Origin: Paecilomyces variotii
Lineage: Eukaryota
Length of the DNA: 64,000 nt
Reading direction: 5' to 3' (one strand)
Assembly: GCA_004022145.1 (NCBI GenBank)
Contig: RCNU01000021.1
The notes below the pieces were generated by a model. It searched no databases. It worked only from the letters and a program-made list of their open reading frames with translations, and was not told the DNA's origin. This document shows, piece after piece, positions 36,503 to 48,699 of this stretch (its first letter is position 1; the number at the start of each line of letters is the position of its first letter). A program made the translations under genes and the position numbers.

Positions 36503-37747
36503 ATGTATTTTCGTCTCAAGGCATCTACCGGGCGCATGTTCACAGAAAAATTCACCGCCGATACAAGGATGCAGGCGAATACTTCGAGGTACAATGGCTA
36601 CCTGCCCAAGCAGATTCGGAGAATCTTCCCCGCCTGCTTGGCCTGCCTCTTCATTGTCTTATACCTCTCTATCGTGGGACCCTTTGGCGAGTTCGACAGC
36701 GAAAGACCCTTTAGGTCTGTTGCAGCCACAGGAAGATTCCCTCAGAAGATATGGCAGACGTGGAAGGTCGATTCGCTGAACTTCGAAGATCGCGACCTAG
36801 CGCTTGCCCGGAGTTGGACGTCCAAAAACCCGGAGCATAGATATGAGGTCCTGACGGACCAGAACGATCTCTATTATGTCGAGACGCATTTCGGACCGGA
36901 GGGTCTGAATCGACCCGACATAGTATATGTATACCGATCGCTAACTGCGAAGATCGTCAAAGCGGACTTCTTACGGTATCTAGTCATGTACATGGAAGGA
37001 GGAGTCTATGCCGACATTGACGTCGAAGCACTGCGTCCCATCGATCGATTCATCCCGGAACGATACAAAGAGGCAGATATCGACATGGTCATCGGAGTAG
37101 AGGTTGATGAACCCGAGTTCAAGGATCACCCAATTCTGGGCAGCAAGTCGCGCTGCTTCTGTCAGTGGACTCTAATGTGCAAGCCCCGGCTGCCGGTCAT
37201 GTTGAGACTGATCGAGAACATCATGGCCTGGCTCCATGACGTCTCTAGACGTCAGGGAGTGCCTATTTCAGAAATCAAATTGGATTTCGATGAGGTGATT
37301 AGCGGTACAGGGCCTTCTGCTTTCACCGATGCTGTTCTGGCCGAGATGAGTGAACGGACCGGCCAGGCAATCATCTGGGATACCTTCCACAACATGCATG
37401 AATCTAAACTGGTAGGGGGGGTCTTAGTCCTCACTGTTGAAGCATTTGCGGCCGGTCAAGGCCACTCGGACTCGGGAAATCACAATGCCCGCAACGCTCT
37501 TGTGAAGCATCACTACCACGCTTCATTATGGCCTTCCAACCACCCCCGATATAACCATCCGATGTACGGTGAGGTCGAAAGATGCAACTGGAATCCGGCT
37601 TGTGTGAAGGAATGGGACGATAACACAGCGGCCTTTGACGCTCTGCCGCCAGAGGAACAAGAGAAACAGATCGCCATCAAGCATGCACTGGAAGCTGCAG
37701 CGCAGGCCAACCAGCAGGCCGCAGAAGCTCAATCACATCCACAATAA
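36503..37747 (+). CDS. GT32 OCH1-like alpha-1,6-mannosyltransferase (start could be 36503, 36536 or 36569)
   Basis: Intronless; N-terminal TM; FPQKIWQTWK, KADFLRYLVMY.EGGVYADIDV (DxD), FCQWT, TGPSAFTDA, VKHHY.ASLW. Confidence 0.88.
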   Translation: MYFRLKASTGRMFTEKFTADTRMQANTSRYNGYLPKQIRRIFPACLACLFIVLYLSIVGPFGEFDSERPFRSVAATGRFPQKIWQTWKVDSLNFEDRDLALARSWTSKNPEHRYEVLTDQNDLYYVETHFGPEGLNRPDIVYVYRSLTAKIVKADFLRYLVMYMEGGVYADIDVEALRPIDRFIPERYKEADIDMVIGVEVDEPEFKDHPILGSKSRCFCQWTLMCKPRLPVMLRLIENIMAWLHDVSRRQGVPISEIKLDFDEVISGTGPSAFTDAVLAEMSERTGQAIIWDTFHNMHESKLVGGVLVLTVEAFAAGQGHSDSGNHNARNALVKHHYHASLWPSNHPRYNHPMYGEVERCNWNPACVKEWDDNTAAFDALPPEEQEKQIAIKHALEAAAQANQQAAEAQSHPQ

Positions 37748-38530
37748 CGAGACTTTGCAAGAGCAGATGGGACCCTATAATGATGGTGAAATGCGCGAAA
37801 CAGGACCTTATCGATACTTTCCTTTCAGAATTAGACCTGGACTGTCCATTGAGGCGATCACACGAGTTCAATATAGGAAGTCAATACAGGAAAGGAGTTA
37901 AAAGGTTGTTATAGGAAGAATGCCACATGGTAATTGCTGGCAGGTATGCTTGTACCCAAGGTTGCACATATATATAGTTCGAGTTTCAAATCGGTGATGG
38001 TTAACGGGGTAATGTGTGAGCGTTTATATTAACAAACTGAGTTTCTCGACATGTCTGTGGGCGATAATATGATGCTGTTAAATTCTCTCATCTCCTTGGG
38101 AGGGGCTCATAGTTATCTCGTTGCTGTAATTGCGTGCGGTAATTTATGCTCTGTTCCGGTCAATACCTTAGAAGTCATTATCGGTAGACTGCGGGAACCA
38201 TGAAACTCTCTAGTGTAGCTGGGATAGATATTGCCCATAAACAAGGCGTAGAGCTTTGAGGTTGGATGCTGATGACCTGTGAAGCTGCAGCTTTCTCTCT
38301 TTTAGGGTATACTGCATCACGTGAGAGAGGTTTCTAGGGCAGAAAATGCACGTGGCAGATCCGGGGTTTAGGCGGCGACGTCACCGGCGCAGCAAGCATC
38401 GTGAGATGCCTGAGACCAACGCGTTGCTTTTCTCCATCCACGTCCTGCGCTGAGGTGATATCTCTAGTTGAATGATCTCCTTGTTTTAAGTAGCTGGCCT
38501 GCTTAGACACCGATTAACTACAACTCAAAG

Positions 38531-39353
38531 ATGGCCTCCTCGTCGAAACCATCGAATTCCTTGCTGTAGTATGTCCATCCTGCTTATATCCCCGTCTCGT
38601 AACCCGACATTAAGCTGACAAACTATCAAAAGCTCTTGCGTAGCACATAGGACAACTATCTTAGCAGAGCATTCCGCTCCTGGAAGCTCATCCACCGCGG
38701 CTTCCTCCCTCGCATCAATCATCCTACCCAAGATCTCTCATGACAAGCCGCAAAAGCTCACCTATACTCATGACCGCCTTTTCGTGCACTACGTCGCCGA
38801 CTGTCCTTCAGGGACCAGTGAAGATGGAGGGCAGCAGCAGGAGATCTCATCTTACGCGCCTCTGAGCTACCTTGTTGTCGCAACGGCGGAGCAGGGTCGA
38901 CGCATTCCGTTTGCTTTTCTTCTCGAGTTGAAACGCAAGTTCCTCTCCGCGTATCCACCATCTGCCACCGACTTTTCCACCCTCCCAGCGTACGGATGTG
39001 CCTCTTTCAATGCTGAACTTCGATCTCTCCTCCAAACATACAACACCGCTCCACCATCAGACTCGCTCGCCTCTGCCCGGCGCGAGATTGACAATGTCCG
39101 CGACATCATGACCGCAAACATCGAACAGGTGCTAGAGCGTGGCGAGCGAATCGACCTGCTCGTGGACAAAACAGATCGATTGGGCGGTAGTGCGCGCGAC
39201 TTCCGCATGCGCAGTCGCGGCCTGCGAAGACGGATGTGGTGGAAGAATGCGAAACTGATGGTCCTTCTCGTCGTTGTAGTGATATTCCTGGTCTATCTTT
39301 TTGTCGGCATGGGATGCGGATTGCCGGCATGGGGCAAATGCACTGGTCATTAA
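38531..39353 (+). CDS. nyv1: Longin R-SNARE, VAMP7/Nyv1-like synaptobrevin (exons 38531-38568, 38633-39353)
   Basis: Longin domain (RRIPFAFLLELKRKF), SNARE motif IMTANIEQVLERGERIDLLVDKTDRL, MWWKN plus C-terminal TM; GT-AG intron 38569-38632. Confidence 0.88.
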
Positions 39354-39872
39354 GCTTGATCCTCCTCAGCATATCTTGAAAAAAAGAAAAGCCAAACACA
39401 CGCCTCGAAGCCAGGCTGGCTCATGTTGGCACTTATACCCCTTAAGGAGTAGCCAGGTCATATACCCCCGCCGCATCGACTGACATCTCTCTATTCACCC
39501 GCGCTTGAGCACAGTCTACCTGGTTTTATCTTATTCCTGTACACGACATGCACGTTCTCGAGACCTTTAGCATGCGGTACGATATTGTCTCTATGCGAAC
39601 CATGTACCATTGTATAGTTTCGGGAAACCCGGCGTCTTTCTTGCTTCCATGTATCGATCGACTAATGCGACTGAGCAATGTATACCTTAGCATCGAATTA
39701 AATTGAGCAAACCAGTATTCTGTTTCAAATACCAAAGTGTGTCTGAATTCCTTACTTGAATTAGTATCTGGTATCTCCTACGTGACTGTCTTTGGACTTG
39801 GCACAAATACCTAGATATAGAGATAGAAACTTTATCTCTCACAATGTAGACATATACCTATACGATACCTAT

Positions 39873-40738
39873 TTACTTTTCTACTGGATGGTGTAACCGG
39901 CCGCTCCACGACACCCACTCAACAGCATTGACGGTGAAAGAGCTCTTGTCTCCCGGAGAGCGAGCGCTGAAGTGGTGGTCCACCGTCGAGTTTATCGACA
40001 CAATCCTGTAGTAATAGAAGTGGCCGTTGAGAGACCACTCAACGTGACGGAGTTTGACCATGTCCGCGCTATCGAGTAATGGGTAAGAGACGAATTCGAG
40101 CAGGCCTTTTGGCTGAGGGAATCGCTTGATGTGCCATATTACGATTCTCAAGAAGTCTGCCATGTAGACACTCGAGTTGCTGTCCTACGCTGGCACGTAC
40201 AAAAGACAGTCAAAAATTCATTGAAAACAAAATATCCATTCTAGATATGTCTTACGAGACTAACTTCCTACTGAGTTGAAGAATGTCTCTCACCATCAAA
40301 CCCACGCCCTCATTGAAAATCTCGGGGTAAGTCTGCAGATGAGATCTTCGAACCGAGAACCGTCTTTGACAGTCTCTTGAGTTCGAGATTGGGGTTCTTC
40401 TGCGCCAGCCGTATACCACTTCAACCATTGATGTAACCATTCTCAGAAGAGAACGGGGTTGATGCGGAGATAATACTGGCGCATCTGCTGGTTTTGGTTT
40501 GGTATCCACCCAGATAGGTTCGAGTGAGGACGGTCCCAAATTGTGCTTCCAGGGATGGAGTGCAACGGAAATCCGGGCAAACGACTACGAGGCAGACGGG
40601 CGCATGTGGGAGGTGTGACACGCGAGACAGCAGATCCGAGGGGTTGTGTTGGAGTCGTAGGGTTGAGGGTAACGTGCACTTGGGGCCAAAGAAAACTCTG
40701 CTGCTCGAGGCCAAAGGGTGGGAAACTGGGCGAGACAT
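39873..40738 (-). CDS. Possible orphan gene or gene relic
   Basis: Several short minus-strand ORFs and a plausible intron (GTAAGA donor at 40255, TTGAC branch, AG acceptors ~40180-40190); no motif recognised. Confidence 0.2.
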
Positions 40739-41076
40739 GGCATCCGCAATCCGAGTCCTGCGTATGGTTAATAGCGTAACGTCGGAAGACATCATGGCAA
40801 GACTTGAACATCAGGAAAGTTTGAGCTCTTTTGAGATTTAGCTGTAGCTCTGACGGGCGGTACCTATGCATTAAGGCGGAAAAGATGACGCCGATAACAA
40901 AACGATCGCCAACAACCAACCAGCCTGAGCCCGCTTTTCCCGTCCATCACACCAGGGGCTCGTCCTGAAACGAAACGCCGCCTGGATGCAGGCTTCTTCT
41001 CATTTTTATGGTTCCCACAAGACTCCATCCATGAGTGCCATTGCAACATCAAAGGAAAACAATCATATCCACACGT

Positions 41077-41754
41077 TTAAGCAGAAGCCTTGGCCTTGGC
41101 TCTCGCCTCACGACCCTTGCCGATGCGCTCGAGGATGCTCTCACGGTCCTTGTCGAGCTTCAGCTTGCTGATGACGACCTTGGAGGGGTGGATGCCGATG
41201 GGGACGCTCTGGCCGTTGGACTTCTCGCGGACGACACGCTCAACGTGGACGACGTATTTGAGACGGTAGACGCTGGTGATCTTGCCCTCACGGCCCTTGT
41301 TGGAGCCACGGACGATGGTGACCTCGTCGTCCTTGCGGATGGGCAGAGCGCGGACCTGGCACACACATGTCAGATTCAGATCTCCAAATCACAATTTTGT
41401 TCTTGTTTCCACGGTCCAACTCTGGGCGCTTTGTCGATACATCGATAGAGAAAGTGCCGTGTGGGAAAGGCGATAATGGGTGGAATAGCGTACATTGTAC
41501 TTCTCACGGAGTTCCTTGCTGAGAGGAGCGCTCATGATGACACGGCGCTCGCTGGAAGGAGCACTGAAGTGCGCCTTGCGCGACTTCCGCCGCGAGTGGG
41601 CGATTCCTAACCGTTCAAAACTCATCAGTATCTTCGCAATCGTTGGGTCGTTTTCAATAGTAGTTTAGATTCGAGATCGACGTTCGTAGCTGCAACAAGG
41701 GGAGAGCGAGACAGAGACAGGAACTGAAGACACACCTCGTTCGATGATAGTCAT
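41077..41754 (-). CDS. RPL26: 60S ribosomal protein L26 (uL24) (exons 41754-41736, 41606-41494, 41355-41077)
   Basis: [54 protein letters not shown]; two canonical introns. Confidence 0.97.
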
Positions 41755-42305
41755 CTTTGCAGAGCCTGGTTGTCGATGTGCAAAGGGGCTCTGGGAAAGG
41801 GTCGTGGTGCACGTTGTCGTCGTGGTCGTCGGAGGACTCTTTTCGCGGAGCTCGAAATGTCGAGCCGAAAATGTGCGTCAGGCCGAGTGTGCGTCACATG
41901 ACCGTCCCGCTTAGCCTAGGGTTGGCGGCTCTGCCGTGATTGGCCCGTTCTCCGCGCGTTCCATCTTGCTCGCGCGCGCTATGGGCTATCAACCTTAGCT
42001 ATCTCGTGAATCTCTACGGAGTCCCGTATTAATCACCATTCTGCGCCTCGAGGATTCAGGGTGACGACCGTGTCAGCGTCACGACACGCTTAGTGTCCTC
42101 AGCGCAGCTACTTCCACGACCTAGAGTCGCTATCGCGCAGTCAAGAGGCACTATGATCGTCGCGCCATCAGCTCCTGGCAATCAGATTACTTTGTCGCAT
42201 CGGTTGCCCAGGCAGAACACCGCGGTAGGCTAAACTGATGTGCTTTGTATAGCTGCTATTTGTTGTTCTCGTTCTAACGATAAATAGTCAAAGTGACCTC
42301 AGATC

Positions 42306-45300
42306 ATGTCTTATCCGGGATTGCCTAATTATCCTTCATATCAGTATGCTTCTGGCGTCAACGAGCAAGACACTACACCCCAGTATCTCCCCGGGGCACC
42401 CCCTTCGAGTTTACAATCTTCCGCACGAGGCTACAACACATCCGTATATGATTGGCAGGGACAGACGTCGCAGGAAGCGTCTGTGAAGGATACCCGTCAG
42501 ATGGGGAATAGATGGGCGTATGCTGGCGATCAAAACGCATATCCATCCACCAGCTCACAGCAGCGGCTTTCTGGAAACAACGCTCAGGCGATTAACCCCG
42601 TTTCGTACAATAATCCAACTGCGGCTCTACGACAGTCCCAACGCGCTCTCGATACGCCTGCGTTGCACAGCTTGGCGTATGCCTCTGGACTTGAGTCTGA
42701 ACTTCTGAACAGGCAGACGCAAGGCTCCAGCCCTGCTAAGACAGTGGACACCGCGCGCCCAAGGGTGTCTCGACCTGGTCAGACTTTGAACTCGTTGAAT
42801 TCGTCCGCGGCAGCACGACCTTATGCTCCTGTGACACATTTTCCCCCATCTGGGCACTCTCAGTCATCCCCGCAATTCTCGGCCGCTTTACCATCCAGGT
42901 CACCTTCGCACTCTTATTCGCCTGCCAGCCAAATCGCTCCAAATCCTACTACTTATTCGCAGAGTGTTTATGACTCAGGATCAAAGAGTTCGACGCCAAA
43001 TCCACCACGAGCCAATCCAAGTCCCGTACCTGGGACAACTGCATCTTACTCCTCTCGGCCAGCATGGACTCAAGCAAAGCATACCAACTCCAGGGAAGGA
43101 TTAAGCTCTTCCCAGCGTCAGGATACTTATCTACCGCGGACCCCTTCTCTTGCGTCTACGTCTTACGGCATGAGAAAGGATCTCCCGCCTACCACCACTG
43201 CCGAAGACTATACTTCCAATAACGCGACTTATGATGCGACTGGCAGGCAGTCCGAACAAGGGAATAGCCTAGTATCTACTCTGCCGCAGGCGTCTGCGAG
43301 TACTGTACAACATCATACACAGGATACAATGAAATATCCGTCTATCCCCGTGGAGAGTTTATACACCACCACCGATTCAAGCCATTCGTTGTCGGAGGAG
43401 GCATGGGGCAACGATCGATTTCCCGGCCAACAATCTCCGTCAGGCGCAATGCCCAGCTATATCGACCCGACTCAAGTGTTTAATCCATATCGTCAAGAGT
43501 ATGAGCAGATGCAAGCATTGCGGGCGGAAGAAGAGGCGAAGAGGAAGCAAGATGAGGCCAAGAACACGGCCAAGCAACCAGATACCGCAACACATTCGTC
43601 AGCCACATCGGCTGTCGACGCAAAAGGCACTATCTCAGAAGCGTCCGTCAGTGGCCATCAGACTGTTGCATCGGATAATCAGCCAAGTAAAAAGAAGCCG
43701 CGGAAGAGGGCGCCTCGCAAGTCCGCCCCTGCCGGATCCGTTTCGACTGTGAAATCTTCGGCGGGACCAAGAGAAGAGAATATCGATCCACAGCTGCGGT
43801 CTCAGACTCCGCAAAATAAGACTGGCGATGCCGATGGTGACATGGCAAACGAGATGAAGATGATGATTGAAAAGATGCGACAATGGAGATCAAAAGATCC
43901 CACGTTGTTTGCCAAGCTATGGGATGATGTGAGGAAGGTAATATTGTGTATCTGTCCGATCCAGGAAGGATGTCTTACTGATAACGATGCTACCTCTTCT
44001 AGGGACAAGGATCAACACCAGACAGTTCTACGGCTCCTGAAGCTCCGCAGCAGACAGCTGAGCCGGCAGCTACACTATCTACAGCGCCGGAACTTTCAGA
44101 ATCAAACGCGTCTCAATCAGATAAGAAGCGGCTACCATCTCATTACATTGATGGTCTGCCCGATTTAGGAAGATTCCCTGCTCAACGGCGACAGAGACAG
44201 TCGAACAAAGTAAACGCAAATGAGACAGCCACGCCCAAACGAAAGCTCGAGGCAAGCAGCCAACAGACAGGACCTAGCGGCCCGCCGTCTGAAGGGCAGA
44301 TAGCCACAAACTCACTTGGAGCTCAGCTCGTTCAGTCGCAGCAGTCGTCGCAGTCACGGCCTGTTGAGACTCTGGGATCGACTACTGCAGGCTCATCTGC
44401 CGCTGAGGTCTCGTCGGCCTCTCAATCAGCGATCTCGTCAGCGCCTCAACCGCCTTCGCAAGAAATTGTATCAGGATCGGCTCAGCAACACGCTCCACAG
44501 CCTCAGCAGACCACGACTGGTACCATATGGCCTGAACACACGCGACAGGCGGTAGCCCAGGCACTCGTCCAGTACTTGAATACCATACCTGCCAACAAGG
44601 GCAAATGTGCTTCTGCGAAAGAGATGTCTGCGTTGGTAGATAAAAATTCAAGTTATATCGAGCTGTGTGAGCGGATAGAGTCTCGCGGCTTCTCTCTGAA
44701 CAGAGGGAGCCTAGCAAGATTTCTTCTGAACTCTGTGCCAGGCATCAACGGTTCTGCGTCAGCTACACAGCCCGCAACTGATCCGAATTCACGAGGAACG
44801 CTGCTCCCTCCACCACCAACACGATCAGCACCACCGGCTCCAGCACCACCAGCTCCAGCAGCGCCAGCTCCAGTAGCACCGCCAGCTCCAGCAGCACCAC
44901 CAACTCCAACAGCACCACCAGCTCCAGCAGCACCGCCAGCTGCAGTAGCACCGCCAGCTCCAGCAGCACCACCAACTCAAACAGCACCACCAGCGCCAGC
45001 TCCTCCTCCTCCCCGTCCCTCTGCTGCCCCGGTCAGCCAAGCTCCACGCCCATATGTACCACCACCAGCTCCACAGGCGCATACGTTCGTCTGGAACTCA
45101 AAGGTACCAACTGTACATGGGCATCCGCCACCGGTAACAGGTCTACATCATCGACCTCCGGCATTGGCGACACCCCCTGTTAATACTAAGAAGTCTAAAT
45201 CGGTGCCACGTCCCTCAGGTCCTTTGCCTGGACCGAAGGAACAAAAAGCTAGGAAACATCTCTTCTCGGAAATCGTGGATCTCACGTCTCTGAGTGATGA

Positions 45301-46802
45301 AGATGAGGCTGTGCGCCGCGCAGAAAAGGAACCTCGCCTTGAATCCACTGATCCCTCACTTGGAAGTCAGCCAGACATCACGGTTGCTAAGGCCCAGAAC
45401 CACCAGCCGTCTGGGAAGTCTGAGGCCTCCCAGCAACTCCATGAAGCACAAGCTCCTGCACAGCAAGGCATTGCTGGGCCGATGGCGGCTCAGAGCGACC
45501 TCTCACGATTTGCAATGGCTGGAGATGACGCCACCGAGAGGGAGAGTCTCCGTCGGCGAGCGGACATTGTCAAACCAATCAATAAGATGGAAGCTTTACG
45601 GCGCAAATACTACAACCCAAAGACTATCGCAAGGGATGTGTTGATCGCAGCTGGCCGTCATCCGACCGAGCGGCCTCTCAACAGCCACCTGCAGGGCCTC
45701 CAGGAGATATTTTCCGCCGTCGATTTCACCTCAGATATGGGAACTTTCCGCTGGGATCTCGTGGATCCTGGTGGACCTCCCGCGCCGGTGGTCGAGCCCG
45801 AAGATATCCTCCTCTTGCCGCCAAACTTCCCGCTGGGCGTTCGTTCCAAAGGCGCGGCATCCTCGTCACGTGAGGAGCGCGACGCAGGCTCCGAGGCGCG
45901 GCCCGCGTCGCCAGCCAACCTCACCCAATCCACGCACAAGCCGTCGAGCCTATCTTTCTCGCAATCAATTAACGACTCGTCCCCTGCCCTACCAAAACCA
46001 GACAAGGGAAACGCGATGGTTACTCCAGTGCCCCGACGTCGCGGTCGTCCGCCCGGGTCGAAGAACAAAAATCCCACCAAGGCTGCAATGAGAGGCGCGA
46101 AGGTCGAGGTCGCCGTTCCTGTCCAATCGTCACCTCCCCGTTACAGCATCTACCGATGTGAATGGGAGAATTGTGATGCGGAGTTGCACGATTTAAAGAC
46201 TTTTGAGCGCCACCTTCGGAAAGTCCATGCCCCCAGCACCCTCACCTGTGCATGGTTGAACTGTCCTGCGGGAAAAACCGCGTTCAAAACCAACGAGGAC
46301 CTGTGTCAGCATCTCAAGCAGACACATGTAGCTTCCCTGGCATGGCAGCTGGGTGACGGTCCCTTGGTGGGCCGAACTGGTGAGAAAGCCGGACACTCAC
46401 AGCGTTCTGTTGTTGAGATCTCATGTTAAACAATGTCTGGTAACAATTCGTCTCTGTTTAGTTCCTGTACAGGATTTTTTGCACGGGCCTCAGGGCTCGT
46501 CAATTACCCCAGAAGCTCCGACTGTACAGAAGAAAAGGGAAACGGGCGCAATCGTCTTTCCAACGGGGTTCACGCCAATTCGTGCTTTCAACCAGGTTCG
46601 TGGGAATGCCTCTGTACAGGAGAAGGCGCGCGAAGCATTCAGAGCTGTGGAACAACGCATGGTTCGCATCGGGTTTGCACTGGAGCCCTCTGGCTGCGAG
46701 CTAGCTAGCCCGCACCGACTCTTCGCCGTCAGCAACGATGAAGAACATGTTCAGTTGAAGCCACCCGGCAGACGGGTGACCTATCAGTCTTCGGTTTTTT
46801 AA
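42306..46802 (+). CDS. Large low-complexity nuclear protein with AT-hook and C2H2 zinc fingers (exons ~42306-43937, 44003-46379, 46462-46802)
   Basis: AT-hook RRRGRPPGSKN; CEWENC..ELH......HLRKVH and CAWLNC...HLKQTH; GT-AG introns link the ORFs in frame. Confidence 0.75.
44827..45012 (+). repeat. Coding minisatellite encoding Pro/Ala repeats (APPAPAAPP)
   Basis: Repeated gcacc(a/g)ccagctccagca units, ~36-bp period in the core. Confidence 0.8.
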
Positions 46803-47372
46803 TCTCATACCCAGGCAGACCTTACAGTTTTGGCGTTTATATTTCACGGGAATTCATTCAGCTGTGAAATATACCACCGTCGGATTCTTTTCTCTAAGCG
46901 TTGTTGTGGGGCCGTCGTGTGCCAATTTCGATCAGGATACGATGTGTATTTCCTCTAGTTCCATGTCTCTTTCTACCTGCGCAGCGAAGCGTTTTAGATC
47001 CAATTCGCACTGGGATGACCAGGGATTCAAGTTGTGCATTTTTAGCAAGCACGTGGCGTCTGCGGTGAATGTTGTCTAAGGATCGTTTGCTTTGTGACAT
47101 TTACATATACCTTGATAGTTAATGCCTGGTCTTTTCGAGAACATAGCATAATGCAAATGAAGCAAGAATAGCTTCGATAGCTCCCATGGAACAAATAACC
47201 GTATGTATGCCCAGAAATCGTAGTCGGGGAAGATCGTAAACCTCAAGGTGTGATACTCTCTTCATCATATATCTATCGTACACGAGCCAATCCGTCGAGC
47301 AGCCAGGTCCAGCATGTTACTCTCCCTTAATTCCTCTCTCATTATGAACCCCATCCTTATGTCTTCTCGATC

Positions 47373-47612
47373 TCACCCTACAACACCCGTATTCCCTGCC
47401 ATAGCTTGACTTCCTACCACGGTCACAGTATCCTTCTTCGAGCCAGTGACGGATGACGTGGCAGATGTGGACGGAACAGAACGCTTCTCTCCCTGCTCAG
47501 AAGACTCCTTGTTTCGCGCATTGACCTCGAGGAAGTGGTAGAGGACGACAAGGAGCATGGCAGCCGAGCCAAGGAAGATAGCCAGGCGGTAGAGTTCGTC
47601 GTCAGTAATCAT
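47373..47612 (-). CDS. OST4: Oligosaccharyltransferase subunit Ost4 with C-terminal extension (79 aa)
   Basis: MITDDELYRLAIFLGSAAMLLVVLYHFLEVN matches the Ost4 MI.D..L..LA...G.....L...YH pattern. Confidence 0.85.
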   Translation of the reverse strand: MITDDELYRLAIFLGSAAMLLVVLYHFLEVNARNKESSEQGEKRSVPSTSATSSVTGSKKDTVTVVGSQAMAGNTGVVG

Positions 47613-48699
47613 GGTGGTTGGTTGTAGTATGTTCCCTTGAAGTTGGGATAGTAGTAGGAAGCGGAGTACGGAAGGTGGAAGGTGGAAGGTCTGATGGATC
47701 GATGGATCGATCGATGGGTCGCTCAATCGATCGACGGGGGCTGAGAAGCGGTCGAAGTTCAAGACTCGAGTAATAATTGGGGTGTTTCGATAGCTTCCAG
47801 GAAACTGGGCGGAGGTGTTATCCACGGATGTTATGTCGAATAATGCACGGAGGACGGAATGAGGACAGATAGTAGATATGATGTAGTGTGGAGGGACAGT
47901 AATCGGTTTGGACGATCTGATCTGTCTGTCCAATGTGGCGAGATTATTATTGACTGCTCTGAAGAGCTAAGTATCTTGTGTGTCGATCCGCTCGTATTAT
48001 TATTGTTGTTGTTGTCGGCGTTATGCAGTTAGTCCTATAGATACACGAGTGATGGTCTCTCCTCTAGCTTCCCGAAGTTGACATTTGGTCGGCGCGTCGT
48101 CTTCCGTAGTCTAGACAGTCCAAGCTCCCTCTCTCTCTCTCTCTCTCACTCGTTCTCTCTCGCTCGCTCGCACCGCCACCATCGACACCAAACCACGAGG
48201 CGCCCCGCCTCTCGCATCTATCGTGAGTGTTATTTGCTGCTAGCAAAGGCGATCGGACCAAAGTTCTGGGAGACTACGCTGAAAACCGCCAAGGGCCGGA
48301 TACATTGTCAAACTAAATATCTGATTCGACCATGGCTTCTACCCTACACTGGCCGTTGAACTCTGGAGCCGTTCTAGTGAGGCGAACCGCACCCAAGAGC
48401 AGACATTGCGGTGCCGTCTCGAGGCACGGGGTTGGAGAGATCATCGTCTTCCAGAATGTCTTGGCCCAGAATGAGCTGATTATTCATGACCGTTGTTAGC
48501 TAACTAATCACCAAGACCTCAGGCTCCGGATTATTATTATTGACGTCCCTGCAACAGACTTCTCTTCTTTTGCAGTTGCAATTTCCATCGCCGTCTCCCG
48601 CGGTTCAGCTGGCTGTGCCTCGGATCATCCTCTCTACGCATCATCCAACTGCCCTCATCATCCCCCATCAATCGAACATTCAGGGAGAGGTCTCGACTC

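Noticed and set aside
31283-38400. Glycan cassette as Starship cargo
   Set aside because: No DUF3435 tyrosine-recombinase captain or recognisable Starship boundary seen in this window
47373-47933. 186-aa ORF including upstream GATC-rich sequence
   Set aside because: Ost4 homology starts at ATG 47612; the upstream part starts at a non-ATG codon and looks like leader sequence
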